Below, piece by piece: positions 63,357 to 64,000 of a stretch of DNA of 64,000 bases. The stretch is from assembly GCA_020137815.1 (NCBI GenBank), contig CM035362.1:4216001-4280000 (forward strand), written 5' to 3'. The notes beneath the pieces are model-generated. The model had not been told where the DNA came from. It saw nothing but the letters and a program-made list of their open reading frames with translations, and made no database searches. How positions within the stretch are numbered: position 1 is the stretch's first letter; each line of letters begins with the position of its first letter. This stretch comes from Hormiphora californensis. Taxonomy: Eukaryota; Animalia; Ctenophora. The translations under genes and the position numbers were made by a program.

Positions 63357-64000
63357 TGGAGGGGAGGAATATGGGTAAGTTGGCCCTGGGAAAGGAAGGA
63401 TGGGTTAGATATGTGGTGGAGATGGGTTAGTTAGGTGAGAGAGATGGGATAGCTGGGAATAGGTCTTGGGATGGAGAGAGTTGGGTGAGCTGAAAAGGTT
63501 TCAACTGGCTCTCATCTCTCTCACCCTCTTAATAAAGTTTAACTCCCATTGGATCATTTCCCATCCTTACCCAACCGGTAAGTCATAGATCACACCTCTC
63601 CAGATTTATTGGGGCGAGATAGATGAGAGAGTAGGAGGCCCGGCTATCTAGATGGGGAACCAAAAAGGAAATCGAGTCCCCCAGAGATTACGTAACACCC
63701 CACAATAGACAGAATTTAGTGAAGGGGGGCATGTCTCTTTCTCATCAGTGGGGGTATCAAATCCCCTTTGTTTTAAAAAATATATTGAGCTGGCAGCTTT
63801 ACCAATAATACTCCCCCTCTCTCATATTAGTTAATGTAACAATCTCTCTTTTTCTCTCATTAGTTATTGTAACAATCTCTCCCCCTCATCACCACGTCTC
63901 TTTGTGTTGTGATTGACAGATGCTCTAAATCACCGCTCTTGTTCGTCTCGTGTAGACAATACTATACTCCGCTCCTGTCGCCGCCCCTTTGACCATTTGG

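Overview
Eukaryotic (metazoan) genomic DNA with short GT-AG introns. The collagen IV features (Cys-rich linker before NC1, no Lys211-type motif, head-to-tail tandem) suggest a ctenophore, but this is inference. 1.6-24.7 kb (minus strand) is a type IV collagen cluster with three complete NC1 domains but only two signal-peptide/7S starts. Gene A (11327-1665, 16 exons, about 1889 aa) is extremely acidic. Gene B has a shared 983-aa 5' half whose phase-0 donor at 20970 can splice in frame to either of two 3' modules: B1 (20304-17530, basic helix, intronless NC1) or B2 (16962-13218, paralogous to gene A). Both N-termini carry a promelittin-like X-Ala/X-Pro acidic dipeptide propeptide. 37.8-44.3 kb (plus strand) encodes a cbEGF protein with a furin site and about 1,800 aa of silk-like Gly/Ser repeats. 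A Dlg1-type MAGUK (L27-PDZx3-SH3-GK) lies at about 47.5-58 kb and an unidentified multi-exon gene at 58.9-63.4 kb (both minus). Introns hold several MITE/foldback families, a tRNA-like element inside an inverted repeat, and many tandem repeats that start at or copy splice junctions. About 26-31, 33.7-34.9 and 46.4-50.2 kb are homopolymer-inflated low-quality sequence. Exon boundaries and lengths were read by hand and need RNA confirmation.
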